A stretch of DNA of 55,398 bases from a virus (lineage: Duplodnaviria > Caudoviricetes), in IMG/VR virus record IMGVR_UViG_3300032236_000985, positions 1-55,398 of that record; one strand, 5' to 3'. The position numbers and the translations under genes are program-made. The notes beneath the pieces are model-generated. The model was not told the origin of the DNA, searched no databases, and saw only the letters and a list, made by a program, of their open reading frames with translations. Shown piece by piece: positions 46,488-55,320 of this stretch; the stretch's first letter is position 1; the number at the start of each line of letters is the position of its first letter.

Positions 46488-48178
46488 AGAGTATTTACGA
46501 AGAATTATCAGAAGAAAGAAAAGTATTACAAGAGAAAGGATTGCTTCCAGATTGGTTCACAACAACTGGTTGGCAATTGTTTTCTTCGAAATATCTAACT
46601 AAAAATGAAAAGGATTTCAAATCAGTAATTACAAGAATCAGTAAAACCGCAGCTAAATGGACTAATGATCCTGCTTATTGGGAAAAAAAGTTTCTAGAAG
46701 CGTTATGGAATGGCTGGTTATCGTGTTCAACTCCTGTATTAGCTAATATGGGTACAGATAGAGGTTGTCCAGTTTCTTGTTCTGGTGGTTATGTATCTGA
46801 TTCAGTATTTTCGTTTTATGATGCGCAAAAAGAAACTGCTGTTCTTTCTAAGAACGGGTTTGGTACTTCTGCTTACCTTGGTGCAATTAGACCAAGAGGA
46901 ACAGAAATCAAATCTGGTGGTAAAGCGTCTGGCGTTCTGCCTGTTTTAAAAGATTTTGTACAATTATCCAGAGACGTTTCACAAGGAAACACCAGAAGAG
47001 GTGCTTGGGCTGGATATGTTGAGATTGATCATAAAGATTTTTGGGAAATTGCCGATTTCGTAAGAACTAATCCAGATGATTGTAATATTGGTTGGAATGT
47101 TAGAAATGAATTCATTGACAGATTAGATTCTGGGGATAAGAAAGCACTTGCTAGATACCAGAGAGCATTAAAAACTAAACTTCTTACTGGTAAAGGGTAT
47201 TATTTCTTTCCAGATAAGGTCAATGAATTAAGTCCACAAGTTTACAAGGACAGAGGTCTTGAAGTTAAGGCATCAAATCTTTGTTGTGAAATTACTCTAT
47301 TCTCTGATGAAGAACATACGTTTACTTGTGTATTATCGTCTGTTAATCTTGCAAAATATGACGAATGGAAAGATACTGATCTAGTATTTACATCAACAGT
47401 ATTTCTTGATTGTGTTGCTTCTGAATTCATTGATATGGGTAAGAAGATTCCAGGTCTTGAAAAGGCTGTCAGATTCACTGAGAAGGGTAGAGCGTTAGGA
47501 TTAGGCGTAATGGGGTTCCATACCTATCTTCAACAGAAAGGCATTCCTTTTGAAAGCCTAGAAGCTCATTTTGAGAACATTAATATCTTTAAGCATCTTG
47601 ATGATGAATCTTTACGAGCAAGTAAGTGGATGGCAGAAGCTTTTGGTGAACCAGAATGGTGCGTAGGATATGGGATTAGGAATACTCACAGATTGTGTTG
47701 CCCTCCCACCCTGAGTACCGCTGAGATCATGGCTGGCGTTTCCCAAGGTATTGAGCCTGTTTATAAGAACGTCTACGTAAAGGGTTCTGCAGCAGGTGAA
47801 ATGAATAGGATCAATCCTGTTCTTCTTGAAGTTATGAAAGCCAAAGGCGTGTATAACGAAGCAACGATTAACGAAATCATTAATCATAATGGTTCTGTAC
47901 AATACGTTGACTGGTTGGACGAGACTGAAAAGAAAGTATTCAAGACTGCTTTTGAAATTGATCAGAAGGTAATTATTAGAATGGCTTCAACTCGACAGAA
48001 TTATATTGATCAAGCGCAATCTATTAATCTGTTCTTTTCAGCTGATGAATCAGAGGAATATATATCTGAGGTACACCAGATGGCATTTAAAGACCCAATG
48101 ATTAAATCTTTGTATTATATTAGGTCTGAGTCTGGAGTACAATCTAGTAAAGGCGAATGTGAATCTTGTTCGGGATAA
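46484..48178 (+). CDS. nrdA: Class I ribonucleotide reductase alpha subunit (short, no ATP cone)
   Basis: STPVLAN, PVSC, SNLCCEI, FTCVLSS, DQAQSIN, SLYY, C-terminal CESC; 564 aa. Confidence 0.94.
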   Translation: MKSIYEELSEERKVLQEKGLLPDWFTTTGWQLFSSKYLTKNEKDFKSVITRISKTAAKWTNDPAYWEKKFLEALWNGWLSCSTPVLANMGTDRGCPVSCSGGYVSDSVFSFYDAQKETAVLSKNGFGTSAYLGAIRPRGTEIKSGGKASGVLPVLKDFVQLSRDVSQGNTRRGAWAGYVEIDHKDFWEIADFVRTNPDDCNIGWNVRNEFIDRLDSGDKKALARYQRALKTKLLTGKGYYFFPDKVNELSPQVYKDRGLEVKASNLCCEITLFSDEEHTFTCVLSSVNLAKYDEWKDTDLVFTSTVFLDCVASEFIDMGKKIPGLEKAVRFTEKGRALGLGVMGFHTYLQQKGIPFESLEAHFENINIFKHLDDESLRASKWMAEAFGEPEWCVGYGIRNTHRLCCPPTLSTAEIMAGVSQGIEPVYKNVYVKGSAAGEMNRINPVLLEVMKAKGVYNEATINEIINHNGSVQYVDWLDETEKKVFKTAFEIDQKVIIRMASTRQNYIDQAQSINLFFSADESEEYISEVHQMAFKDPMIKSLYYIRSESGVQSSKGECESCSG

Positions 48179-48181
48179 TTT

Positions 48182-48532
48182 ATGGATAATGATAATTCAG
48201 AATTATTTGCTATATTGGATGCATTGGTAGGCGATAAACCGCCTACCAATAGCGTAGTAAATACTACAATATCACATTTCAGCGAATATACTACAAACGA
48301 GAATAAATTATCTGCCAGTTTACTTAAAGGTTTCAATAAACATTTATCTAAACCAACAGAAGAAGAATATGCAGAATATGCTATTAAGAGAGCAAAGGAA
48401 GAAGAACGAATTAGGATAGCGGTTGAGGAAGATATAAAACGTGGTCCAGCATTTCTTTCAGATGAATGGAGATGGGCTAGGATAGATGCCGAAGTCGAAC
48501 GATGTAGAGAATATATTAAAACTTATGGGTGA
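48182..48532 (+). CDS. Hypothetical protein
   Basis: ORF in operon orientation. Confidence 0.5.
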   Translation: MDNDNSELFAILDALVGDKPPTNSVVNTTISHFSEYTTNENKLSASLLKGFNKHLSKPTEEEYAEYAIKRAKEEERIRIAVEEDIKRGPAFLSDEWRWARIDAEVERCREYIKTYG

Positions 48533-48540
48533 TATTATAA

Positions 48541-48930
48541 ATGAAAGTAACGACGACATTAACATATGAAGAATACAAAGAAGCGAGAAAAGATTTTGAT
48601 GAACATGTTTTTGGTTCATATAGAGATTTCCCAGGAATTGATTTTTTAAGAAAGAAATTCAAACTGGAACATTTTATGAGTGGACCAGTAGCGGTATATG
48701 AAGGTAATCCATTACAAGCGCATACTAGAATTTTTAAAAATTTCGAAGAAGCCATTAAGGGTATTGAAGAATTCATAGAACAAGAAAAACAAATTTTTAT
48801 TTGGGATTTGGTCTATTATCCATCTTATCCTCAATATTCTGTATATAATACAGAAACATTTGAAGTTGAAATGTTTGATCTTCCAGTATTGACAGAAGCC
48901 AGATGGAAATTGAGATTAGCCCTATTGTAA
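48541..48930 (+). CDS. Hypothetical protein
   Basis: ORF in operon orientation with GGTG SD. Confidence 0.5.
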   Translation: MKVTTTLTYEEYKEARKDFDEHVFGSYRDFPGIDFLRKKFKLEHFMSGPVAVYEGNPLQAHTRIFKNFEEAIKGIEEFIEQEKQIFIWDLVYYPSYPQYSVYNTETFEVEMFDLPVLTEARWKLRLALL

Positions 48931-48939
48931 GGTAATGTT

Positions 48940-49266
48940 ATGAAAAAAGTCGCATTTCTAAAAGGAAGGTTTGATCCAATTTGTACAAAACATCTGGAAT
49001 TGTTTAAAGAAATAAAGGAATACATGGATTGTCTTGTTGTTCTTGTTGAATATGATGATTCTCCTCCGATTTTAAACCTCACAGGAAGATTAAAAATTCT
49101 AAATAGTTTAGATAGTGTTGATGAAGTTTCTGTTTTTTCTGATGATAATATGTCTTCATTGATGGAGAAATATAGAAAGCATTTTAAAGATTATACTTTA
49201 TTAAGTGATGGTGAAATCTATATGGAGCAGCCTGCAAATGTTGAATTTACATACATGAACGAATAA
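48940..49266 (+). CDS. Degenerate cytidylyltransferase-like (HxGH family) protein
   Basis: KGRFDPICTKH...D.LVV...R.KIL..L..VDEV..F. Confidence 0.6.
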   Translation: MKKVAFLKGRFDPICTKHLELFKEIKEYMDCLVVLVEYDDSPPILNLTGRLKILNSLDSVDEVSVFSDDNMSSLMEKYRKHFKDYTLLSDGEIYMEQPANVEFTYMNE

Positions 49267-49288
49267 AATAACAAACAAGGAGCAATTA

Positions 49289-49477
49289 ATGCTGAAAACA
49301 ATTAATATAATTTGCGATGACTGCGAATCTGAATTCGATTTAAACTTTAATGAGAAATTTGTTAAAGATTATGATGAAGTTTACTGTCCTTTTTGTAAGG
49401 AAGTTATTGAATCGTCTGATGAGAAAGAAGTGGATGATGAACCAGTTCCTTACCAAGAGGATATGTGGGAAGAATGA
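49289..49477 (+). CDS. Small acidic Zn-ribbon protein
   Basis: CDDC...YCPFC; AGGAG SD. Confidence 0.65.
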   Translation: MLKTINIICDDCESEFDLNFNEKFVKDYDEVYCPFCKEVIESSDEKEVDDEPVPYQEDMWEE

Positions 49478-49875
49478 AATCTTGGAAATATCTTGATGAA
49501 GAATTTACGGATCCAGGAAATGCTTGGGGATTTATCTACGAGATAATTGACTTATCCAATAACAAAAGATATATTGGTAAAAAACAATTTCTTTTCAAAC
49601 GTACAAAAACTGTAAAAGGAAAAAGAAAAAGAAGTTTAGTAGAGTCTGATTGGAAAGAATATTTTGGATCTAGTGATATATTGAAGAATGAAATAAACAT
49701 AAAAGGTGAAGATAATTTTGAAAGGATTATACTCCGTTTATGTTATTCTAAAAGCGAGTGTTCTTATTGGGAAGCAAAATATCAATTTGAATATGATGTT
49801 TTACTAAAACCGGAAGAATTTTATAATGAATGGATATCTTGTAAAGTAAGTAGACGTAATTTGGTGAAGAAGTGA
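49474..49875 (+). CDS. GIY-YIG endonuclease-domain protein
   Basis: GFIYEI...RYIGKK, ESDWK.Y.GS, F.R.IL, E...Q, FYN. Confidence 0.8.
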   Translation: MKSWKYLDEEFTDPGNAWGFIYEIIDLSNNKRYIGKKQFLFKRTKTVKGKRKRSLVESDWKEYFGSSDILKNEINIKGEDNFERIILRLCYSKSECSYWEAKYQFEYDVLLKPEEFYNEWISCKVSRRNLVKK

Positions 49876-49903
49876 TTTACTTTCCAAGATATTAGGATAT
49901 AAT
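49876..49903 (+). promoter_or_regulatory. sigma70-type promoter
   Basis: TTTACT-16 nt-TATAAT. Confidence 0.5.
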
Positions 49904-49909
49904 TAAAAT

Positions 49910-50275
49910 ATGAAAGAAATTATTAATGAAATTATGTGTAGGAAAGTGGATGGAATTTGTTTCAATCCAACTAACGATGAAGGGGATGTTGCTTTTAGCG
50001 GGTTCACTTACGATAAAAAATCTAAGTATGAAGTCGGTAACTTAGGTCATAGATATCATATACTTTTATATAAATTGTGTGATGAAGGATTTGTTATAAA
50101 GCTAGATTTATTTGAAGCCACTTTGACTGATCCTTCAATATACATTAGTAACTTGATTAAATGCGGATTCTATGGAGTGGTGTTAAAAAAGACTAAACGA
50201 TCTGTTAAGATCGCCAAAGATCTGTATAACCAATACGCGAAACTACAAAACGATGAAATTGAGAAACTCAGCTGA
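49910..50275 (+). CDS. Hypothetical protein
   Basis: ORF downstream of the promoter. Confidence 0.5.
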   Translation: MKEIINEIMCRKVDGICFNPTNDEGDVAFSGFTYDKKSKYEVGNLGHRYHILLYKLCDEGFVIKLDLFEATLTDPSIYISNLIKCGFYGVVLKKTKRSVKIAKDLYNQYAKLQNDEIEKLS

Positions 50276-51347
50276 AATTGAACTGAAGTTTATTGGCGGA
50301 GAACCAAGATGGGATTCGCCAAAAACTAATTTGGTAAATGCGTTATCTTGGTATGCTAATCAATATGGCCCCAAAGAATCTAAAAAATATACATTAGATT
50401 ATCTTAAAAAGAATAAATTTGATAAAGCAGTTATTGAAAAAATAGCTGATGTTGATGATTGGCGTTTTGGTAATCTTGGGTTTTGTTGCAGGGTCGTTAC
50501 TAATGGCGCTCAACTTAATGAAAATCAATTGGATTGGATTGAGGCAAAGATAAATCAACTTGCAGCTTCAACTGAAAAAGAATTAATTATTTCCGAATTT
50601 GAAAAACCAAAAGAATCCGTATCAATACAAGATAGAATTTATATTCAATGTAATTCATATATATCCGATATAGAAGATATTATCGACCAGTTAATTGCAA
50701 CAAAACGTAAAGTGGATTTCAATCCTTATGATTGGATGACTAAAAATGATATCAAAGCGGTTCATGCTAAACAGATAATCGAACATTTCATTCCAACAAA
50801 AGAAGAATTAGTATTAGCGATTTCTAAAAAAGACCCTGATCTTGTAGAAGGATATTCTAATTTCAAGAAAAATGAGTTGAAACTTTATCACGATCTAATT
50901 GAATCTATTATTGATGATTGCGATAAAATTATTAATAATAAGAAAATAACAAGAAAGCCAAAGAAAAAGAAAGCTGTTTCTTTAGATAAAAAGGTTAGTA
51001 AAGTACAATATAAGAAAGATGATATTGAATACAAACTCGCATCAATAAACCCAATTGATATAGTGGGAGCCAAACAGTTATGGGTTTTCAATACAAAAAC
51101 TAAGAAACTTGGTTTCTATCTTTCTAATGATGATACTGGATTTGGCGTAAAAGGAACAACTCTAGAGAATTATGATGAACTTTTGTCTATACAAAAGACT
51201 TTAAGAAAACCTCTAGACATTCTTCCAAATGTATTAAAAGCTAAGAAAACTGAATTGAAAAAAATCATGTCGGGAATTAATTCAAAAGAAGCGCCTCTAA
51301 ATGGTAGGATTAATTCCGATACAATATTATTGAAAGTTATAAAATAG
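50253..51347 (+). CDS. Conserved T4-like hypothetical protein upstream of rnh
   Basis: GGEP.W, L.EGYS, SI.P..IVGA..LWVFNTK..KL, VKGTT, KTLRKP, NGRIN. Confidence 0.7.
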   Translation: MKLRNSAEIELKFIGGEPRWDSPKTNLVNALSWYANQYGPKESKKYTLDYLKKNKFDKAVIEKIADVDDWRFGNLGFCCRVVTNGAQLNENQLDWIEAKINQLAASTEKELIISEFEKPKESVSIQDRIYIQCNSYISDIEDIIDQLIATKRKVDFNPYDWMTKNDIKAVHAKQIIEHFIPTKEELVLAISKKDPDLVEGYSNFKKNELKLYHDLIESIIDDCDKIINNKKITRKPKKKKAVSLDKKVSKVQYKKDDIEYKLASINPIDIVGAKQLWVFNTKTKKLGFYLSNDDTGFGVKGTTLENYDELLSIQKTLRKPLDILPNVLKAKKTELKKIMSGINSKEAPLNGRINSDTILLKVIK

Positions 51348-51356
51348 GATATTATA

Positions 51357-52196
51357 ATGGCTGTTTTAATTGACTCTAACCAGTTATTCATTTCTGGTAT
51401 AATGGCTAACTTATCGCCAAGAGATAAACTGGAAGAAGGTTTGGTTAGGCATATTGTCTTAAACACTTTGCGTTCTAACGTGAAAAAATTTAAAGACTAC
51501 GGCGAAATCATTGTCTGTTGTGATAATAAGAAGTATTGGAGAAAAGAATTCTTTCCTTATTACAAGGCGCACAGAACAAAGGATAGAGAAAAGTCTGATT
51601 GGGACTGGAATATGATCTTCAAGGTTCTAAATGGTCTTAGAGAAGACCTAAAGGAACATTTCCCATACAAAGTTATTGATGTTGATGGAGCAGAAGCTGA
51701 TGATGTCATTGGTACGCTAACTCCAAGATTAGCTTCTAATGAAAAGGTTTTGATTCTATCTTCAGATAAGGATTTTATACAGCTACAACGTTACGATAAT
51801 GTTAAGCAGTATAATCCAATGCTTAATATCTACGTAACTTCTACTGACCCAAAGAAAGATTTGAAAGAAAAGATTATCAAAGGAGATAGAGGTGATGGTA
51901 TTCCGTCTATCGTAAATCCTGATACGGTTATCGTAGAAGGGATTAGACAAAAACCAATATCAGCTAAGAAACTTGCTGCTTGGTTGGAAACAGATCCAAA
52001 AACTTTAGATGACGACATTTATAATAATTACATCAGAAATGATATATTGATTAATTTTGATAACATTCCTGAAGCCATTCGTGCGTCAATTGTTACTGAA
52101 TATGATAGTGTTAAAGCTGCTCCAAAACAGAAACTATATAATTACTTGGTAAATAATAAGTTAATATCATTACTTGAAGTAATTGATGAATTTTAA
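51357..52196 (+). CDS. rnh: T4-type RNase H (FEN-1 family 5' nuclease)
   Basis: YWR...FPYYK..R, AEADD, SSDKDF.QL, GD.GDGIP. Confidence 0.95.
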   Translation: MAVLIDSNQLFISGIMANLSPRDKLEEGLVRHIVLNTLRSNVKKFKDYGEIIVCCDNKKYWRKEFFPYYKAHRTKDREKSDWDWNMIFKVLNGLREDLKEHFPYKVIDVDGAEADDVIGTLTPRLASNEKVLILSSDKDFIQLQRYDNVKQYNPMLNIYVTSTDPKKDLKEKIIKGDRGDGIPSIVNPDTVIVEGIRQKPISAKKLAAWLETDPKTLDDDIYNNYIRNDILINFDNIPEAIRASIVTEYDSVKAAPKQKLYNYLVNNKLISLLEVIDEF

Positions 52197-52207
52197 GAGG
52201 AAATAAT

Positions 52208-52723
52208 ATGGAAGAAAAAGATTTTAGTTTTGTTATTGATATCATAGAAAAACATAATAACGCTTGCATTAAAGAAATCAAGAAATATCTAAACATCAAA
52301 CATATATCTGATTCTAATGCATTTAAGAAGAAACCAGATCATCTTGAATTACCAGAATCATTTAAAGAGTTAGAAGGATTCAAGGCATATACAGAAAAAT
52401 TGAACAACATAACAGAAGAAAAAAATATCATAGAATCTGTACGATCTTCTACCATATCTTATGATGACGCAAAAAAACTACTCATAAAATATTTGATTGA
52501 TCATGATCTAACGGATTTAAATTTGTTGTCTCGTTTGTTTGATACCGATCCTAAATCTATATTTTTTATTGCTTCTTATATTAGAACCGAAGAAGATTCT
52601 CCGGAATTAACTGAAACAATAATTAATAAAATTAGTTCTTATTTCAAAAATAAAGATTTACATAAAGAATTAGAAACAGAAATGGAAGAAAACTTAAAAT
52701 TAATTGAAGACGAAGAGTTATAA
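52208..52723 (+). CDS. Hypothetical protein
   Basis: ORF with GAGG SD. Confidence 0.5.
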   Translation: MEEKDFSFVIDIIEKHNNACIKEIKKYLNIKHISDSNAFKKKPDHLELPESFKELEGFKAYTEKLNNITEEKNIIESVRSSTISYDDAKKLLIKYLIDHDLTDLNLLSRLFDTDPKSIFFIASYIRTEEDSPELTETIINKISSYFKNKDLHKELETEMEENLKLIEDEEL

Positions 52724-52725
52724 AA

Positions 52726-53154
52726 ATGAAAAGATTTACATATGAGATTTTAGAAAAGATTGAAAACGCTTCTTCAAAAGAAGAACGTAAAAAGATTTTG
52801 GCAGAGAATGATTCTGCTTGGTTTAGAACGTACTTAAAGTGCGCGTTTGATCCAAACATTCAATTCTATGCTGAAAAATTCCCTGATCAGTATAAAGAAC
52901 CAAAGGACGTTTTACCTGGAATCAGTTATTCTGATATTCAATCAGAAATTAAAAGAGTATATCTATTCCAGAAAGGACATCCAACAGCAGATTCTTTGAC
53001 TGAATCTAAGAGGAATATTCTATTGATTCAAATGTTAGAAATGTTTGAACCAAGAGAAGCAGTTGCATTTTTCAAAATGCTTACCAAAGACCTTAAAACA
53101 AAAGGTTTAACTTATAAACTTGTAGAGGAAACTTTTCCAGGACTTTTACCCTAA
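52726..53154 (+). CDS. Conserved T4-like hypothetical protein downstream of rnh
   Basis: EIL...FDP...IQMLE...P.EA...K.L...LT..LV...FPGLLP. Confidence 0.7.
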   Translation: MKRFTYEILEKIENASSKEERKKILAENDSAWFRTYLKCAFDPNIQFYAEKFPDQYKEPKDVLPGISYSDIQSEIKRVYLFQKGHPTADSLTESKRNILLIQMLEMFEPREAVAFFKMLTKDLKTKGLTYKLVEETFPGLLP

Positions 53155-53156
53155 CG

Positions 53157-53297
53157 ATGAACAAGAGCAAACAACTTAAAGATTTTGATCCAATTGAATC
53201 AAAGAAGAGAAAAAAGAACAAGGAACTAGATAATAAATTCGATCCTTCCCGTAAAAACAAAAAATACTATTTACAGAAAAACCATGAATACGTCTAA
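53157..53297 (+). CDS. Small basic protein (46 aa)
   Basis: Below the track cutoff; MNKSKQLKDFDPIESKKRKK...EYV* fills the gap. Confidence 0.45.
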   Translation: MNKSKQLKDFDPIESKKRKKNKELDNKFDPSRKNKKYYLQKNHEYV

Positions 53298-53478
53298 AAC
53301 TATTTTTGAAATTTTCAACGATAAACCATTCTCTTATGGCGAAGCATTAGCAGTTATTTTAGAAAATAACGGTAAACCAATTTCTTCTATGCCAGAAGAA
53401 GACTTTGTTTTTCCAGATAAATCCGTTATCCGTTTGACTAATGAATCCATTAAAGTCGTTCAGTTACTTCAAGAATGA
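53284..53478 (+). CDS. Hypothetical protein
   Basis: 64 aa ORF; stop overlaps the next ATG (ATGA). Confidence 0.5.
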   Translation: MNTSKTIFEIFNDKPFSYGEALAVILENNGKPISSMPEEDFVFPDKSVIRLTNESIKVVQLLQE

Positions 53479-53642
53479 AAACTCTTAGTACCGTTTTATT
53501 TGATCTAATAATCTTAATTAGTTGGATTGCAGGGATTTATGTCACCCAACCGCTAATACTCAAATTTGTTGCCTTTGTTTTCCCGCCATATGCATGGTAT
53601 GAACTCATAGGCGCAATTATTACAAAATATAATCTACTTTAA
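53475..53642 (+). CDS. Small membrane protein (55 aa)
   Basis: Hand translation MKTLSTVLFDLIILISWIAGIYV...FVAFVFPPYAWYELIGAII...; ATGA coupling. Confidence 0.6.
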   Translation: MKTLSTVLFDLIILISWIAGIYVTQPLILKFVAFVFPPYAWYELIGAIITKYNLL

Positions 53643-53667
53643 TTGATTAATAATATTTTGTGTCACG

Positions 53668-53691
53668 GTGTCCATTCGCGAGGATGGACAC
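53668..53691 (+). promoter_or_regulatory. 10-bp GNRA-capped leader hairpin
   Basis: GTGTCCATTC-GCGA-GGATGGACAC, no U-tract, 12 nt before the AGGAG SD. Confidence 0.55.
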
Positions 53692-53716
53692 GCTTTAAAC
53701 TTTAGGAGAAAACTAA

Positions 53717-54121
53717 ATGAAGAAAATCATTGCTATTATTTTTGCAGTTGCTTTTGTAACTGGTTGTTCAACTGTTTCTGGTTATAAGCCAGTTGTTAAC
53801 GAACGCGCATATACAAAGGCAGTTAGTCAAGAAAAGATTTCTGGTGATCTTGATTATTGTAGTGGTCTTGCAGCTAATGCAGCTGGCTGGACAAAGGAAA
53901 CTGTTGGTGACGTTCTAGTAGCTTCATCTAGCGCAGCTGCTGTTGGTGCAATTTCTGGCGCTCTTATTCCCGGTGCCGTTAGTGCTGGTACTGGTGCCGT
54001 TATTGGTGCTCCAATTGGTGCTGTTGTAGGTCTGTATTATGGCGTATATGAAGCGGATGAAACCTATAAGCGTGCTTATAACAGTTGTATGAGCCAGCTA
54101 GGTCATCCAGTAGTCTGGTAA
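53717..54121 (+). CDS. Glycine-zipper lipoprotein
   Basis: Signal peptide with lipobox VTGC; GAxxGA repeats; DL.YC...CM...GH. Confidence 0.8.
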   Translation: MKKIIAIIFAVAFVTGCSTVSGYKPVVNERAYTKAVSQEKISGDLDYCSGLAANAAGWTKETVGDVLVASSSAAAVGAISGALIPGAVSAGTGAVIGAPIGAVVGLYYGVYEADETYKRAYNSCMSQLGHPVVW

Positions 54122-54139
54122 GCAATATTGCTTTGATAT

Positions 54140-54162
54140 AAAGGGGCTTCGGCCCCTTTTTT
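54140..54162 (+). terminator. Rho-independent terminator with cUUCGg loop
   Basis: AAAGGGGC-TTCG-GCCCCTTTTTT. Confidence 0.9.
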
Positions 54163-54180
54163 CGTTAAAAAATAAAAAAT

Positions 54181-54188
54181 AATAAATA
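54181..54188 (+). promoter_or_regulatory. Late promoter variant
   Basis: AATAAATA 36 nt upstream of ATG 54225; AT-rich surroundings weaken the call. Confidence 0.45.
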
Positions 54189-54224
54189 CTAATATTTACA
54201 ACAAACGAAATAGGTGTTAATGAA

Positions 54225-55223
54225 ATGCTATCATATAAACAATATATCTTAGACCTTATGTCAGAAGGGGTACACGAAGTTGGTTCATCGCTTTTTGATA
54301 AAAACGCAACTCCTGAGCAGGCTGCTGCTAATGATGCGAAAGTAGAAGAAATTCTAAACGCTCCAATTCCAGCTAGAAAACATCCCGATCACAACTCAGT
54401 TGTAAAAAGAAAAGGATCAGTGATGAAGCATATTCCCGTCGATCATCCTTTGTTTGCCAAGGCTATGGAACACGCTAAGGATCATTTTAATATGCATAAA
54501 AGAGCTATTCTGAATGATAATGCTCCAGATTCTCTCGTACTTGCTGGCCTTGAATCTAAAGACGGAGAACTCAGAGATAGAGCACTTGGCGTTGCTAATA
54601 AGAGAGGACTTTCTACTGGCGGAGTTAAACATTCTAGCGAAACCAGAGTATCAAGAGGTTCTACCTCAGGATCAGGAGCATCTTCTGCGCCAAGAGAACC
54701 TGATCATATCGCGGCCATTCATGCTTCTCATGCCGCTGGTTATTTAAGCGATGAAGACCGTGATGAAATGATCGCTATGCATCACGCAAACCAAAAACAA
54801 AAAGAAAACGAAGGTAAAAAAGCTCATTACGATTCTTTACTTGCCTCAGGAACAATCACCCCTGAAATGCACAAGAAAAAGCTTGCTGAGTTAGGAATGA
54901 GTCAAGAAGGCGAATCCGAAAAAAAAAATGAAGTAGAGACTGCTCCTAAAAAAGTAGCTAATCCTCAGAAAAAAGCAACTGCTCCAACTTCTAGTTCTTC
55001 TAAGGTTGAAGCAGTTTCTATTAGTCCAGAAAGTATTAAAGATTATAAAGGATCTCATAATAAAGTGACTAAGATTACTAAAAATGGAAAAACTGTTGGT
55101 CATGTAGCTACTACAAATGGAGGATTTCACGAGATTCATGACAAAGATGGAAATGCAGTAAAGCATTCTGCATCAACTCACGCAGAAGCGGTAGCTCAAG
55201 CTATTAAGCATTTCTCTGAATAA
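54225..55223 (+). CDS. His/Ala/Lys-rich putative internal virion protein
   Basis: N-terminus MLSYKQYILDLMSE resembles a capsid-targeting sequence; own late-type promoter and terminator. Confidence 0.55.
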   Translation: MLSYKQYILDLMSEGVHEVGSSLFDKNATPEQAAANDAKVEEILNAPIPARKHPDHNSVVKRKGSVMKHIPVDHPLFAKAMEHAKDHFNMHKRAILNDNAPDSLVLAGLESKDGELRDRALGVANKRGLSTGGVKHSSETRVSRGSTSGSGASSAPREPDHIAAIHASHAAGYLSDEDRDEMIAMHHANQKQKENEGKKAHYDSLLASGTITPEMHKKKLAELGMSQEGESEKKNEVETAPKKVANPQKKATAPTSSSSKVEAVSISPESIKDYKGSHNKVTKITKNGKTVGHVATTNGGFHEIHDKDGNAVKHSASTHAEAVAQAIKHFSE

Positions 55224-55242
55224 GAATCTTTCATACCGAGAG

Positions 55243-55271
55243 AAAAGCCAGGATTAATTCCTGGCTTTTTT
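55243..55271 (+). terminator. Rho-independent terminator
   Basis: AAAAGCCAGGA-ttaat-TCCTGGCTTTTTT. Confidence 0.88.
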
Positions 55272-55320
55272 ATGTCTCAATCATACTGGCAACTGAGGTA
55301 CGGATTGATTTAAAATAGAC

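Noticed and set aside
17760-48178. Introns or inteins in gp43, uvsX, gp41, gp61, thyX, nrdB and nrdA
   Set aside because: All are uninterrupted, of normal or short length, and lack intein splice-junction or homing-endonuclease inserts.
49474-49875. Active mobile homing endonuclease
   Set aside because: It has only the catalytic GIY-YIG domain with no DNA-binding tail, and sits in a position typical of a resident conserved gene.
1670-55166. Dozens of 60-130 aa ORFs antisense or out of frame to core genes (e.g. 13734-14129, 20665-21039, 37203-37526)
   Set aside because: They are fully nested in confidently identified genes and show no motifs; these are shadow ORFs expected from codon bias.
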